Shown here: piece by piece, positions 63,825 to 64,000 of the stretch
Position numbering within the stretch: the first letter of the stretch is position 1
Layout of the letters: every line of letters starts with the position of its first letter
DNA from: Macrostomum hystrix
Taxonomy: Eukaryota; Animalia; Platyhelminthes
Assembly: GCA_950097015.1 (NCBI GenBank)
Contig: CATNEN010000001.1
Coordinates: forward strand, 5,022,001-5,086,000
Reading direction: 5' to 3'
DNA length: 64,000 bases
Notes under the pieces: model-generated
Told to the model about the DNA's origin: nothing
Database searches by the model: none
Seen by the model: only the letters and a program-made list of their open reading frames with translations
Position numbers and translations under genes: made by a program

Positions 63825-64000
63825 GGCAGCAGGCTAGTTGAGGCGCTAAGGTGGGAACGGAGGTGGATTAGGAACTGAGAGGATTGGGAGCTAGTAGGAG
63901 ATTCGGAGCTTAGAGAGGATTCGTTTAGATATGAGATAGGATTAGTAACTGAGATGGGATTAGCAGCTTAAAGAGGATTATTAACTGAGATGGGATTAGC

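Overview
Eukaryotic (animal) genomic DNA with GT-AG introns, poly-Q coding tracts and about 30 different minisatellite arrays. The style suggests a free-living flatworm such as Macrostomum, but this is an inference. The left third holds one minus-strand, 4-exon gene for a signal peptide-CUB-LDLa-TM-polyQ receptor-like protein with a 13-kb intron. Divergent from it, 23.1-63.8 kb carries ten consecutive plus-strand housekeeping genes: PCYT1, PITHD1, GEMIN8, DCPS, RPL37A, RPL36A, an SREK1/SRSF11-like gene, PEX12, MED10 and NUB1. Each has a pyrimidine-tract/CAG acceptor 0-61 nt before its coding start, the layout expected of a spliced-leader (SL) trans-spliced operon. PEX12 and NUB1 have no local genomic start codon. 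Their conserved N-termini begin in phase 0 directly after the acceptor AG, with an in-frame stop just upstream, which fits initiation at the 3'-terminal AUG of the flatworm spliced leader. Also present are a tRNA-derived SINE family (7 copies, including an inverted pair in one intron), a 60-bp insertion with a target-site duplication inside a minisatellite, and a recurring layout of one array per intron or spacer. Most long ORFs in the supplied track are repeat artefacts. All gene names come from recalled motifs; no database search was run.
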